64,000 bases of DNA from an uncultured delta proteobacterium (GTDB lineage Bacteria; Myxococcota_A; Polyangia; Fen-1088). The first letter of the stretch is position 1, and every line of letters begins with the position of its first letter. Positions 26,166 through 39,024 of the stretch are shown one piece after another. The stretch lies in contig CAVYGB010000008.1 in the NCBI GenBank assembly GCA_963767925.1, positions 1,184,001 through 1,248,000 on the forward strand. Reading direction: 5' to 3'. The translations under genes and the position numbers were made by a program. Below the pieces are notes generated by a model. That model did no database searches and was not told where the DNA came from. It saw only the letters and a program-made list of their open reading frames with translations.

Positions 26166-28642
26166 CCGGTCGGCGCCGCCAGGCCCGCTGGGCCGCGGCC
26201 GGGGCGGCCTGCGCGGTCGTGGTCGGCGTCGCCGCCGGTCCCGCTCCCGCCCGGGCCGAGCCGGGCGCCGAAGTGGCTGGCCGGGTGACCGATGGGACCG
26301 GGCGGCCGATCGCCGGCGCGGACGTGGTGATCACGGACCCCGGCGGACGCCAGCGCCGATCGGACGTCACCGGCTCCGACGGGCGGTTTCATCTGCGGAT
26401 CCCCGGCGCGGGCGCGCGGCGGATCGCTGTCTACACCGAGCGCGGCGCCCGGGTCGTCGTCTCGGCGCTCGAGGTGGCCCCCGGCGCGCGCCTGTGGCTC
26501 GAGGCGGCGGACGCGGGGGGCCACCTGCAGGTCCGATCGTTCCTGGCGCCGGGACAGGTGCCCTGGCCCGGACCTGTCCCCGGCCGAGGGGACGATCTGG
26601 CGGGCCTGCTGGCCGGCATGCCGGGGACCGCGCCGGCCTCGGCGCCTGTCGATGGGCCGACCCTGCTGGGGACGGACCCGGCCGAGGCCCAGGTGCGGCT
26701 CGACGGCTTCCTGCTCAACGACCCGGTGGACGGACGGGCCCCCTGGGACCTCCCGGCGGCCTTCTTCGCGGCGGCGGTGCCGGCTTTCGGGCTCGGCCCC
26801 GCCCGCCTGCGCCAGACCGGAATGGCGGCGGTGGCGCTGGCCGCGCCCCGCCCGGAGCGGCCGCTGCAGGCGGCGCTGGCAGTCTCGGGCGGCCTGGCCG
26901 CACCGGCGGGGGAGGCGCAGGGGCCCGAGCGGCCTGCCGGACGGTCGGGGGCTGCTTTCACCCACGCTTCGCTGGGCCTGGTCCGGCGCGACGGAGAGAT
27001 CCGGGGACACCTCGCCCTCGCGCCCGCCTGGGGCCCATTCGAGGCGGATCCCGAGAGCCCCTCGGCGATGCGAGGCCGCCGCCCGCGGCGCTTCCCCGTG
27101 CTGGGGGGCGCGGAGGTGGACCTGGCGCGCTGGAACCTGAGCGCGGTCGGCCTGGGCAACCTGAGTCACCTGACCCACGGGCGCGCGTCGCGCATCGTGC
27201 CCCCCCGGGACCCCGCCGCCTCGTCGAGCAGCCTCTGGCTGGTCGGGGCGACCGCCCGGCGGGCGGCGGCCGCCGGCCCTGGCGAGCTGGCCCTGTCGGC
27301 GAGCCTGCTGCGGACCGGCCGCGCGATCGACTTCCAGGGCGACCTGCCGTCGCGGACCACCGCCTACCGCTCCACCCTGGCGGCGCAGGTGTCCACCGAC
27401 GGGACGCTGCTCGGCCGTCACCTGCTCGAGGCGGGGGCCGGGCTCGACGCATCCTGGGCCCGGCGCCCGACCCGGGAGCCGTCGCGGCAAGCCGGGCTCC
27501 TGCTGGCCGGCTCCCGGGGCTCGTCGTACCTGCCCTGGCTGGCCCTCGACGAGCGTTACCGCCCGCGGCCCGAGGTGGAGCTCGAGCTGGGGGTGAGGTT
27601 CGAGAAGGCCGCGTTCAGCGGCCGGGCCGAGCCGGAGGCGCAGCCAGCGATCGAGCGCAGCTTCTCCACGGGCCTGCTCATCGCACCCCGGGCGCAGGCC
27701 TGCTACCAGCCCGGGCCGGGGCGGATCTGCCTTGCTGCGGGCCGTTTCGGTGGTGGGCTGCCCCTGGCCCCCCTGCTCGATGCCACCGCCGCGCCTCCCG
27801 TCACGGCGGACGCCCCCGCCGAAGATGCCGTGCTCGCGCAGGCCGAGCTGCGCCTGGGCCCGCTCGGTCTGGCGGCCCACGCCCTCGACCGGCGGACCGC
27901 CCACACCGTGGAGGACCGGTTCTCTCCGGTGACCGGCACCCTCGAGCTTCACGAGCCCCGAGGCCTGCGGCGGCGGATGCTGGCCGCGGGGCTCTCGGCC
28001 TGGCTGAGCCTGGCGCGCACGCGCATCGCCGCCGGGGTGCTGGCCAGCCGGCTGCGGGGCAACCACGTCGGCTTTCTCGACGCGGGGACCGGGCAGGTCC
28101 GGCCCGCCGGCACCGCGGAGTGGGACACCCCCGCCGCCGCGGTCAACCGGGACGGAGCCCTGCCGTTCGATCGGCCCTGGAGCGGACGGCTGCTCCTCGA
28201 GCACCGCCAACCCCTGGGCGCCATGACGCTCGACCTGCTGGCGCTCGGCCGCTGGGACGCGGGCACCCCGCTGTCGGCACGCGCGCGCAGCCCGGAGAGC
28301 GGACCTTCCCAGGTGTTCCTCGTGCAGCGAGGCAGCCTGGGGCGGACCTCCGCGACGGCCAGCCTCGATCTCAGGGTCGGGCTCTCGCGCCGGATCGGGG
28401 ACATCCGGCTGGCGCTGCTCGTCGAGGGGTTCAACCTCACCGGGTTCCGACCGGTGGTGGCGCGGGAACAGACCTACACCGACGCCGCGGTGGCGCCCCG
28501 GCAGGGCGCCTCCGGTCGCGCGGCGCTGGAGGGGCTCACCGATGGCGAGGGAAACCCGCTGCCGCCCCGGGCGGGGTTCGGCAACCCCGTCGCCTGGGCG
28601 GAGCCGTTGCTGGTGCGCCTGGGGCTGGCCGTCGAGCTATGA
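26162..28642 (+). CDS. Divergent TonB-dependent/Oar-like outer-membrane receptor with an N-terminal carboxypeptidase-regulatory-like domain
   Basis: Signal peptide, GRVTDGTGRPIAGADV, LDGFLLNDPV, DGALPFDRP, GTPLS, RGSLGRT, FNL, C-terminal VRLGLAVEL; GTG overlaps the upstream stop. Confidence 0.65.
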   Translation: MTGRRRQARWAAAGAACAVVVGVAAGPAPARAEPGAEVAGRVTDGTGRPIAGADVVITDPGGRQRRSDVTGSDGRFHLRIPGAGARRIAVYTERGARVVVSALEVAPGARLWLEAADAGGHLQVRSFLAPGQVPWPGPVPGRGDDLAGLLAGMPGTAPASAPVDGPTLLGTDPAEAQVRLDGFLLNDPVDGRAPWDLPAAFFAAAVPAFGLGPARLRQTGMAAVALAAPRPERPLQAALAVSGGLAAPAGEAQGPERPAGRSGAAFTHASLGLVRRDGEIRGHLALAPAWGPFEADPESPSAMRGRRPRRFPVLGGAEVDLARWNLSAVGLGNLSHLTHGRASRIVPPRDPAASSSSLWLVGATARRAAAAGPGELALSASLLRTGRAIDFQGDLPSRTTAYRSTLAAQVSTDGTLLGRHLLEAGAGLDASWARRPTREPSRQAGLLLAGSRGSSYLPWLALDERYRPRPEVELELGVRFEKAAFSGRAEPEAQPAIERSFSTGLLIAPRAQACYQPGPGRICLAAGRFGGGLPLAPLLDATAAPPVTADAPAEDAVLAQAELRLGPLGLAAHALDRRTAHTVEDRFSPVTGTLELHEPRGLRRRMLAAGLSAWLSLARTRIAAGVLASRLRGNHVGFLDAGTGQVRPAGTAEWDTPAAAVNRDGALPFDRPWSGRLLLEHRQPLGAMTLDLLALGRWDAGTPLSARARSPESGPSQVFLVQRGSLGRTSATASLDLRVGLSRRIGDIRLALLVEGFNLTGFRPVVAREQTYTDAAVAPRQGASGRAALEGLTDGEGNPLPPRAGFGNPVAWAEPLLVRLGLAVEL

Positions 28643-28657
28643 GGGGGCGGGATCGTC

Positions 28658-29119
28658 TCAGGAGACGGCCAGCAAGGCGTACAGGCACAGGCAGAGCTCG
28701 AGGGTCAGGAGCAGGCCGCGCGCGCCGGACAGGCGAGAGAACGCCGAACGTTCGTCGGCCGAAGGCGGCGCGCTGCCGTCGCGCATCCGGCTGAGCAAGG
28801 CCCGCAACCCGGGGGAGACGGCCAGGGCCGACAGCAGGCGGGACACGGCCATGGCGGCCACGGGCACGACCAGGCTCGCGGGAGGGGCGGCTCGATCGAT
28901 GGCCATGCGCGCGCCGAGCCCCAGCAGGACCAGCGCCATCGCGAGAAAGAGCGCCCGCTCGAGGCGCGTGCAGAGCGCCGCCGACAGCTCCCGGGCCTGG
29001 CCGGCAGCGAGCTGCTTCTCCACCAGGGGGAGCACGAGCAGCAGGGCCGCGGCCAGCCCCAGCCAGAGCGCCAGCCCCAGCAACATGGCAAAGCGCGAAG
29101 CGACGACGAACGCGTGCAC
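28658..29119 (-). CDS. Four-TM membrane protein (DUF4149-like)
   Basis: LALWLG motif, four hydrophobic helices, F.RL near the C-terminus. Confidence 0.6.
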   Translation of the reverse strand: MHAFVVASRFAMLLGLALWLGLAAALLLVLPLVEKQLAAGQARELSAALCTRLERALFLAMALVLLGLGARMAIDRAAPPASLVVPVAAMAVSRLLSALAVSPGLRALLSRMRDGSAPPSADERSAFSRLSGARGLLLTLELCLCLYALLAVS

Positions 29120-29163
29120 CGGGGCGGGCTCGAGCGGGAAGAGGAGCGGGTTGCGGCTGCGCT

Positions 29164-29643
29164 TCAGACGCGCAGGTGCAGGGGGACGTTCTTGTCGAGC
29201 GACTCGGTGCAGGCGCCGTTGACCAGCTTCCAGATGTTGCGGAGCTGGGCCTCGATGACGGTCCCCTCGTCCTCTTCCTCGTCGTCCTCGTCTTCTTCCT
29301 CCTCGTCGTCCTCGTATTCGTCCTCCTCGACGGCCAGCTCTTCTTTCATCTCCTCGAGCACGTCGATGAGGGAATGGGCCGAGGCGACCCGCAGGTCTCC
29401 GACGGAGAGCCTCCCCTCGAACTCGGCCGGCAGGTAGATGTCGGCGGCCAGATCGTGGGCCTCGAGTCGGTCGAGGAACTCGGTCATGGCGTCTTCGCTC
29501 AGGCGCGTGGCGATCGTCTGGGTGGTCTGGTTCTCTTCCTGGGCAGCATATTTGGCACCGGCCTGGTCCAGCAGCCGATGCAGGGTCTTGATCTCTTCTT
29601 CTTCCAGCCTGTCGGACACCGGACCTAGTTCAATCTCAGACAT
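29164..29643 (-). CDS. Highly acidic hypothetical protein with a poly-Glu/Asp tract
   Basis: 159 aa, EEDEYEDDEEEEDEDDEEEDE; good codon usage; AGGGG RBS-like element before the ATG. Confidence 0.75.
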   Translation of the reverse strand: MSEIELGPVSDRLEEEEIKTLHRLLDQAGAKYAAQEENQTTQTIATRLSEDAMTEFLDRLEAHDLAADIYLPAEFEGRLSVGDLRVASAHSLIDVLEEMKEELAVEEDEYEDDEEEEDEDDEEEDEGTVIEAQLRNIWKLVNGACTESLDKNVPLHLRV

Positions 29644-29821
29644 GCCCCTACGGTGCCCGACTCACGGAGCCGCGTCAAACCCCGTCCCATCGGTTCGGCC
29701 GTCGCTGCTTTTGTAGGTTTGAAGCCGAAAAAGGGTTCGCCGCGACCACCCCGCTCGCCCGATGCATGGCGATGCCTCTGGTAAATTCTACGGGCCTACC
29801 GCGTCGTCGGAGGCAACGACC

Positions 29822-32536
29822 ATGACCTCTCCGCCGCAAACAGGAACCATCGCCGGCCCGCTCGCCGAGGCGCGGGCGCGGGCTGCCGCGGCGCTTGTCG
29901 AGGGCGAGGGCGGCATCGCCCTCGCGCACCGCTTGACCACCGACGTCGACGGCCTCGTCACCCAGCTCGCGGCGCGCGAGCTGGAGGACGAGCCCCCCGC
30001 GCGGGCGGCCCGGGTGGCGGTGCTGGCCACCGGCGGCTTCGGCCGGCGGGAGTTCGCCCCCTTCTCCGACCTCGACCTGATCTTCCTGTTCGCCGACGAG
30101 CCGGACGAGGCCGGGCAGGCCCTGGCCCGCCGGATCTTGCACCCGCTCTGGGATGCCCGCCTCGACGCGGGGCACGCCGTGCGATCCATCCGGGAGGCGC
30201 TCGAGCTCCCCGAGAGTGACCTGACGGCGGCCACCGCGCTGCTCGACGCCCGTTACCTGGCCGGAAACTCCGGCATGGCGGCCGAGTTCTTGCAGCGCTA
30301 CCGGGACCGGGTGGCCGGCTCGTCTCCGGGCAGCTTCGTGGCCCGGCTGCTAGCCGAGCAGGAGAAGCGGCACTCCCGCTTCGGGGACACCATCTACCTG
30401 CTCGAGCCGGACCTCAAGAGCGGCCCGGGCGGCATCCGCGACATGTGCGCGGGGCGCTGGGCCGCGTTCGCCCGCTTCGGCACCGGGGACCCCTTCGCCC
30501 TGCGCGAGCTCGGGCAGATGTCGGCCCGACAGGCCGCCGCCTTCGAAGCGGCCCGGGACTTCCTCCTCAAGGTGCGGGTGGCGCTCCACCTCGAGACCGG
30601 TCGGCGTCAGGACCAGCTTCGTTTCGATCTTCAGGAGCGCCTGGCGCCGGCGCTGTACCCCCACGTGGCTCGCGTCGCCGGCGACGATCGTTCCTCGGTG
30701 GCGCCCGCGGTGGAGGCGCTGATGCACGACTTTCAGCGCCACGCCAAGGTGCTGAGCCGGGAGACCACCCGGCTCATGCTGCACGCCAGCGCCGATCCGG
30801 CCCACCGGCCCCGGGAGACCCGGCTCACCCTCCGCGGTGGCGCGGAGGACGATCCCAGCTTCCTGGTCCGCGACGGGATGCTGGAGGTCGTCGACGCCAG
30901 CGTGTTCGAGCGAAAGCCCTCGGAGATGTTCCGGGCCTTCGAGGTGGCGGTCGAGCGGGACCTGCCGCTCGGCCTGCAGACCGCCGACCTCATCGGCGAG
31001 CACGCCGCCCAGGGCGGCGAAGCGCTGCGGGGCGATCCCGGCTCGGCGGCCCAGTTCTTCGCCGTCCTCACCGACCCCCGCGACCGGGCCACCCCCTCCC
31101 GGCTCGAGCAGATGAACGACCTCGGGCTCCTCACCGCGCTCATGCCGGAGTGGGAGCCGATCATGGGACGGGTCCAGCACGACCTCTATCACGTCTACAC
31201 CGTCGACCAGCACTCCCTCTACGCAGTGGCGATGCTCAAGGCGCTGCGCCGGGGCGAACACGCCCGGACCGCTCCCTGGCCGAGCGAGGAGGCGGCCCTG
31301 GTCAACCGGCCGCTGCCCCTCTACCTGGCGATGCTCCTGCACGACGTGGGCAAGGGGATGGGCAAGAACCACTCGACCAAGGGCGCGGCGGTGGCGGTGG
31401 CGATCGCCAACCGGCTGGGCCTGCCGGCGGCCGACGCCCGGCGGGTGGAGTTCCTCGTGCGCGAGCACTTGACGATGGGGCACATCTCGCAGCGGCGTGA
31501 CCTGGAGGATCCCGGGTTGATCGCCCACTTCACCCAGCTCTGCGGGGACTCCCAGACCCTGCGCGAGCTCTTCCTCATCACCTACGCCGATCTGATCTGC
31601 GTGGGGCCGGGGAACCTCACGAGCTGGAAGGACGAGCTGCTGCGCGACCTGTTCCAGCGGGCGCGTGTCTACCTCGAGCGGGGGCCGGATCTGCTGACCG
31701 CCGACCGGGCCAAGATCGCCCACCGCCACAAGCGGCAGGTGGTCAAGAAGCTGGAGCTGTCGGCCGACGATCCTCGGGTGGCGGCGGTGCTGGGCGGCCT
31801 GCCCGATCGCTACTTCGCCGAGTCCTCCCTGCACGAGATCGCTCTGCACTTCGAGCTGCTGCTGGGCCGGCAAGGGCCCTGCGCCCTGAAGGTCATTCCC
31901 CAGCGGGGCAAGAGCCACGTCGAGCTGGTGGTGGTGGCCGACGACGTCCCCGGCTTGCTGGCCAAGATCACGGGCGTGCTCTTTGCCAACAAGCTCGACA
32001 TCATGGACGCGGCGATCTTCTCCCGGGAGCCCTTCGGCGCCCTGACCTCGGGTGAGGCGCTCGATATCTTCAGCGTGCGCCCGGCCACCGCCAACACCCA
32101 GATCGACGAGGCCCGCATCGCCGGGATCCGCCGCGACCTGGAAAACGTCCTCGCCGGCCGGATCGCGGTCGAGTCCCTGGTGGCCTCCCGGGCGGCCTCC
32201 ACGGTGTCGATGTTCGCCCGCTCCCGGCCGGAGGTGCCACCCACCGAGGTCAAGGTGGACAACGAGATCAGCCGGGACTTCACCGTGATCGACGTGTTCA
32301 CCGAGGACCGGCCCGGCGTGCTTTACACCATCGCCCACGTGTTGCACGAGCAGGGCCTGGACATCCACCGCTCGAAGGTCGGGGTCGAGGCCGATCGGGT
32401 CGCGGACATCTTCTACGTTCGGGGCGAGCAGACCAACGGCAAGGTGCTGGATCCAGCGCGCATCGTCGCCATCCGGGAGGCGCTCATCGGCGCCCTGCCG
32501 GGCAGCCGCAAAGAGGCGCGCGCGGCCGCCGTTTGA
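29822..32536 (+). CDS. glnD: PII uridylyltransferase/uridylyl-removing enzyme
   Basis: GGFGRREFAPFSDLDL, EPDLKSGPGGIRD, HD domain (YHVYTVDQH, LLHDVGKG), two ACT domains (DVPGLL, DRPGVL). Confidence 0.95.
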   Translation: MTSPPQTGTIAGPLAEARARAAAALVEGEGGIALAHRLTTDVDGLVTQLAARELEDEPPARAARVAVLATGGFGRREFAPFSDLDLIFLFADEPDEAGQALARRILHPLWDARLDAGHAVRSIREALELPESDLTAATALLDARYLAGNSGMAAEFLQRYRDRVAGSSPGSFVARLLAEQEKRHSRFGDTIYLLEPDLKSGPGGIRDMCAGRWAAFARFGTGDPFALRELGQMSARQAAAFEAARDFLLKVRVALHLETGRRQDQLRFDLQERLAPALYPHVARVAGDDRSSVAPAVEALMHDFQRHAKVLSRETTRLMLHASADPAHRPRETRLTLRGGAEDDPSFLVRDGMLEVVDASVFERKPSEMFRAFEVAVERDLPLGLQTADLIGEHAAQGGEALRGDPGSAAQFFAVLTDPRDRATPSRLEQMNDLGLLTALMPEWEPIMGRVQHDLYHVYTVDQHSLYAVAMLKALRRGEHARTAPWPSEEAALVNRPLPLYLAMLLHDVGKGMGKNHSTKGAAVAVAIANRLGLPAADARRVEFLVREHLTMGHISQRRDLEDPGLIAHFTQLCGDSQTLRELFLITYADLICVGPGNLTSWKDELLRDLFQRARVYLERGPDLLTADRAKIAHRHKRQVVKKLELSADDPRVAAVLGGLPDRYFAESSLHEIALHFELLLGRQGPCALKVIPQRGKSHVELVVVADDVPGLLAKITGVLFANKLDIMDAAIFSREPFGALTSGEALDIFSVRPATANTQIDEARIAGIRRDLENVLAGRIAVESLVASRAASTVSMFARSRPEVPPTEVKVDNEISRDFTVIDVFTEDRPGVLYTIAHVLHEQGLDIHRSKVGVEADRVADIFYVRGEQTNGKVLDPARIVAIREALIGALPGSRKEARAAAV

Positions 32537-32541
32537 GCGGT

Positions 32542-33633
32542 ATGAATCGGGGGATGATGTCGCCCGCGCGCGTGCTCGCCGCCCTCCTGCTCCTGGTGGC
32601 CCCGGCCGCCCGGGCCGCCCCGCCCGGCCCCTCCCCGGCCGAGGCCCAGCTCGAGCGGGGGCAACGGCTGTTCGAGCGCGGAGACCTGCCGGGGGCCCTC
32701 GTCGCCTTCGAGGCGGCGCTCGTGCAGGCCCCCCGGGACCCCCGGGCCCACTACCTGAAGGGGCTGGCCCTGGAGAAGAAGGGCGACGTGGCCCGCGCGG
32801 AGGCCGCCTACCGCAAGTCGATAGAGATCGGCCCGCCGCTGCCCGAGGCCCGCAACAACCTGGCCGGCCTGCTGCTGGCCCGGGGCGACCGCGCGGGCGC
32901 CGAGCGAGAGTTCACCGCCGTCACCCGGGCCAACCCCCGCTACGCCGATGCGTTCTTCAACCTCGGCGTGCTGCACGATCAGAACGGGCGCCACCCCGAG
33001 GCGGTGGCCGCCTACCGCCAGGCCACCCGCCTGAAGCCGGAGGACGTCTCTTACCGGCTGAACCTGGGAGCGGCGCTCAGGCGCAGCGGCGATCTGGACG
33101 GGGCCCTGCTGGAGGTGCGCCGGGCGACCGAGCTCGGGCCCACCAGCGGCCCGGCCTGGGCGAACCTGGGGCTGCTCCTCTCGGACAAGCAGAGCCTCGA
33201 CCAGGCCCGGGAGGCGCTGGCCAAGGCCACCAAGCTGGAGCCCACCTACGCCGTGGCCTGGGCCGGGCTCGGCCGGGTCGAGCTGCGCCGCAAGCAAGCG
33301 GGGGCGGCCGTGACGGCCCTGGTGCGGGCCCGCCAGCTCGACCCCCGCAACGTCACCTTCGCCACCGACCTGTGCCGGGCGGAGGTGGCCCGCGACGCCA
33401 CCGGCCCGGCGGGAACCCGCACCTGCCGGGCGGCGCTCGAGCTCGACGCGAGCAACCCTCTGGCCCGTTACATGCTGGGCAAGACGCTGGTCGCGCGGGG
33501 CGAGTGCCCGGCGGCCAGGACCGAGCTGGAGCGGTTCCTGACCCTCTCGGGCGTCAAGGACGAGGCCCGGACGGGAGCCCGGACCCTGCTCGCTACCTGT
33601 CGTCCGGGCGTGAAGCAGTCACCCCCGCCGTGA
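32542..33633 (+). CDS. Exported TPR-repeat protein
   Basis: Signal peptide then about 8 TPR-like units (AHYLKG, ARNNLA, AFFNLG, AWANLG, AWAGLG). Confidence 0.85.
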   Translation: MNRGMMSPARVLAALLLLVAPAARAAPPGPSPAEAQLERGQRLFERGDLPGALVAFEAALVQAPRDPRAHYLKGLALEKKGDVARAEAAYRKSIEIGPPLPEARNNLAGLLLARGDRAGAEREFTAVTRANPRYADAFFNLGVLHDQNGRHPEAVAAYRQATRLKPEDVSYRLNLGAALRRSGDLDGALLEVRRATELGPTSGPAWANLGLLLSDKQSLDQAREALAKATKLEPTYAVAWAGLGRVELRRKQAGAAVTALVRARQLDPRNVTFATDLCRAEVARDATGPAGTRTCRAALELDASNPLARYMLGKTLVARGECPAARTELERFLTLSGVKDEARTGARTLLATCRPGVKQSPPP

Positions 33634-35828
33634 CCGGCCGCTCGCTCTCGGTCACCCCCAGCTCGGTGAGCACGAAGGCCATCACGAAGGCGTTCTCGCG
33701 CAGCCGCTCATAGCGCCCCGACTTGCCGCCGTGGCCGGCCGGATCGAGGTCCATGCTCAGCAGCAGCGGGTTCGCGTCGGTCTTGGTGGACCGGAGCCGG
33801 GCCACCCACTTGGCCGGCTCGAAGTACATGACCTGGCTGTCGTTGTAGGCCGACTTGATCAGTAGGCTGGGGTAGGCCCGGGCGGTGACGTTGTCGTAGG
33901 GGCTATAGCTGGCCATGTATTCGTAGTGGGTCCGGTCGCGGGGGTTGCCCCACTCCTCGAACTCGCCAACCGTGAGGGGGAGGGTCTCGTCGAGCATGGT
34001 GTTGAGCACGTCGACGAACGGGACGTGGGCCACCGCCACCTTGAAGAGGGCGGGGCTCATGTTGAGGACCGCCCCGATGAGCAGGCCGCCGGCGCTGCCG
34101 CCGCTGATGGCCAGCCGGTCGGGGGCGGTGTATTGCTCGGCCACCAGCAACTCGGCGCAGGTGATGAAGTCGGTGAAGGTGTTCCGCTTGTTCAGCATGC
34201 GGCCGCCGTCGTGCCACTTCTTGCCGAACTCGCCGCCCCCCCGCACGTGGGCGATGGCGACGGTGACGCCCCGGTCGACGAGGGAGAAGCGGTTCGAATC
34301 GAAGGAGACCTCCGAGGGAATCCCGTAGGCCCCGTAGGCCCCGAGGTGGAGGGGGGCCCGGCCGTCGCGGGGCACCCCTCGCCGGGAGAGGATCGAGATG
34401 GGGATGGGCGTCCCATCGGCGGCGGTGGCGAACCGCCGCTCCTGCTGGTAGCGGCCGGGGTCGTACCCGCCCAGCACCTCGGTGCGCTTGAGCAGGGTGC
34501 GCCGCCCGCTCTTCACCTCCTCCTCGAACACCGACTCGGGCGTCACGAAGGAGGTGGTGCGGTAGCGGTAGCGAGCGGTGGTGAACTCGGGGTTGGCGTG
34601 CGGAGACAGGCTGTAGACCGGCTCGCCCGTGCCGATGGCGCGGCTGGTCGCCGTCGCGGAAGCTGTTGAGCTGCAGGGCGGGCAGGCCTTCGCGCCGCTC
34701 GTAGAGCACGTAGAAGTCCCGGAAGACCTCGATCCCCGACAGCATCACGTCGTCCCGGTGGGGGACCAGCTCCTTCCACTTGTCCCGATCGGGTGCGGTG
34801 GTGGGGGCGGTGACGAGGCGGAAGTTGCGTCCCTGGTCGTTGCTGCGAATGTAAAACAGGTCGTCGCGGTGATCGACGCTGTACTCCTGATCCTGGACCC
34901 GGGGGGCGATCAGGCGCAGCTCGCCCCGGGGGCTGCCCGAGGGCAGGTAGCGGACCTCGCTGGTGGTCTGGCTCTGCGACGAGACGAGCAGGAACTTGTC
35001 GCTGCGGGTGCGGGAGACCCGGAGGTTGAACCTCTCGTCGGCCTCCTCGTAGACGAGGTCGTCCTTCTCCGCGTCGGTCCCCAGGCTGTGCCGCCACAGC
35101 CGGTAGGGCCGCTTGGTCTGGGGCTCCTCGGAGACGTAGAACAGGGTGCGCCCGTCGTCCGCCCACTGCACCGTCGTGACCCCGGTCCGCCGGTCGGGCA
35201 GCACCTTGCCGCTGCGGATGTCCTTGACGAAGAGGGTGTAGACCCGAAACCCGGTGGTATCGAGGGTGTAGGCCAGCTTGCGCCCGTCGAGGGAGACCTC
35301 GGTGGCGCCGACGCCCACGAACTTCTCGGTCCGGCCGATCTCGTTGGGATCGAGCAGCACCTGCTCGGGCGCGCTGTCTCTGCCCCGCTTGCGGGCCCGC
35401 AGGGGGTATTGCTTGCCCTCCTCGGTGCGAGAGTAGTAGAGGTACCCGCGGTGACGAACCGGGACCGAGAGGTCCGTCTGCTTGATGCGGGCGAGCATCT
35501 CGGCGTAAAGCGCGTTCTGCAGGGGGAGGGTGGGGCGCATGATCGCCTCGGTGTAGGCGTTCTCGGCCCGCAGGTAGTCAAGCACCTCAGGGGTGTCCTT
35601 GCGGCGGAGCCAGGCGTAGTCGTCGACCCGGCGGTAGCCGTGGAGCAGCTCCTCCTTTGGCTCGCGCCGGGCGGTGGGGGGAGCGGGAATGGCTCCCCGG
35701 GTCTCGGAGGGCGTGGAGGGGATGCCGGCGCCGGCGCAGCCCGCGCCCACCAGCGTGGCGAGGGCCAGCGAGAGCGCCCGGATCGACTCGACACCCCGGC
35801 GACCCGGGAGAAAACGCTGCGAGGACAT
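33593..35828 (-). CDS. ptrB: Oligopeptidase B (S9A), probably a lipoprotein; one apparent frameshift near 34650
   Basis: Lipobox-like VGAGC, DDYAWLR..YLRAENAY, YGAYG, HVRGGGE, GGSAGG, EFEEWGNP, YSPYDNV, DSQV, AGHGG. Confidence 0.9.
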
Positions 35829-35998
35829 GGCCCGGACGCTACGCGCACCCCGGCAGGCTCGCAAGCCGCCCCGGCAGGCCCGGACGATCGGATTGCCCGC
35901 GCGCGCTCGCGCGCCGGGCGCGGACGGATCGACGTTGCCGGCGTTTGCGCGTCGCGCGGCCCTTGAACCCCCCGCGTACGCTCGGCTAATCTCCCGAG

Positions 35999-37475
<1,477 letters not shown>

Positions 37476-37479
<4 letters not shown>

Positions 37480-39024
37480 GCAACTCCGTCCTCATCCTCG
37501 ACTTCGGCTCGCAGTACACCCAGCTCATCGCCCGCCGGGTTCGCGAGCAGACGGTCTACTCCGAGATCCACCCCTTCAACCTGTCTGTCGAGCGCATCCG
37601 GGCGCTCGCGCCGGCCGGGCATCATCCTCTCGGGCGGGCCCTCGTCGGTCTACGACGAGGACGCGCCGCCGGTCTCGCCGGAGCTGTTTTCGGTGGGCGT
37701 GCCGATCCTCGGCATCTGTTACGGCGTCCAGCTCGCCGCCACGTGCTGGGCGGCAAGGTGACCGCCAGCAGCCACCGCGAGTACGGGCGAGCGCAGGTGC
37801 CGTTTGGAGGGCGGGGTCGGAGCTGTTCGCGGGCTTTCAAGCCGGGCGAGGAGCTCTCGGTCTGGATGAGCCACGGCGATCGGGTCGAGGCCCTGCCCCC
37901 GGGCTTTCAGGTGGTGGGCACCAACCCCAGCTGCCCGCCGCGGCCGTCGAGGCCCCCCAGCGTCGCATTCTGGGGCGTGCAGTTCCACCCCGAGGTGGTG
38001 CACACCCCGCGCGGCGGCGAGATCCTGTCGAACTTCCTGTTCCGCATCTGCGGCTGCCAGCCGACCTGGACGATGGCCGGCTTCGTCGACGAGGCGGTGG
38101 CGGCGGTCCGCCGCCAGGTCGGGAGCGGGCGGGCGGTCTGCGGGCTGTCCGGCGGGGTCGACTCGTCGGTGGCCGCCGCCCTCGTCCACCGGGCCATCGG
38201 CGATCGTCTGACCTGCATCTTCGTCGACAACGGCCTGCTGCGGGCGGGCGAGCCGGCCCAGGTCGAGTCGCTGTTCCGGGACGCCTTCAAGATGGACCTG
38301 CGGGTGGTCGACGCCGCCGAGCCGCTTTCTGGAGAAGCTGGCCGGGGTCAGACCGACCCCGAGACAAAGCGCAAGATCATCGGCTACGAGTTCATCGCCG
38401 TGTTCGAGGAGGAGGCCCGGCGCGTCGGCGGCGCCGACTTCCTGGTGCAGGGGACCCTCTATCCCGACGTGATCGAGTCGGTCTCGCACAAGGGCCCTTC
38501 GGCCACCATCAAGTCGCACCACAACGTCGGCGGCCTGCCCGAGAAGATGCATCTCAAGCTGGTCGAGCCGCTGCGCGAGCTGTTCAAGGACGAGGTGCGC
38601 GTCGCTGGGCGAGGAGCTGGGCCTGCCCCGGCACGTGTTGTGGCGGCAGCCGTTCCCCGGACCCGGGCTGGCGGTGCGGGTGCTGGGCGAGGTGACCCGC
38701 GAGCGCTGCGACCTGCTGCGCGCCGCCGACACGATCATCGACGAGGAGATCCGCAGCGCCGGGCTCTACGAGTCGATCTGGCAGTCCTTCGGCGTGCTGC
38801 TGCCGATCCGCACCGTCGGGGTGATGGGGGACGACCGCACCTACGCCAACGCGCTGGCGCTGCGGGCGGTGCACTCGCGCGACGGCATGACCGCCGACTG
38901 GGTCCCGCTGCCCTACGAGGTGCTCGGGCGCATCAGCTCGCGCATCGTCAACGAGGTGCGCGGCATCAACCGCGTGGTCTACGACATCACGTCGAAGCCG
39001 CCCGGCACCATCGAGTGGGAGTGA
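37476..39024 (+). CDS. guaA: GMP synthase (glutamine-hydrolysing); several apparent frameshifts, start reads ATA
   Basis: [78 protein letters not shown]. Confidence 0.93.
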
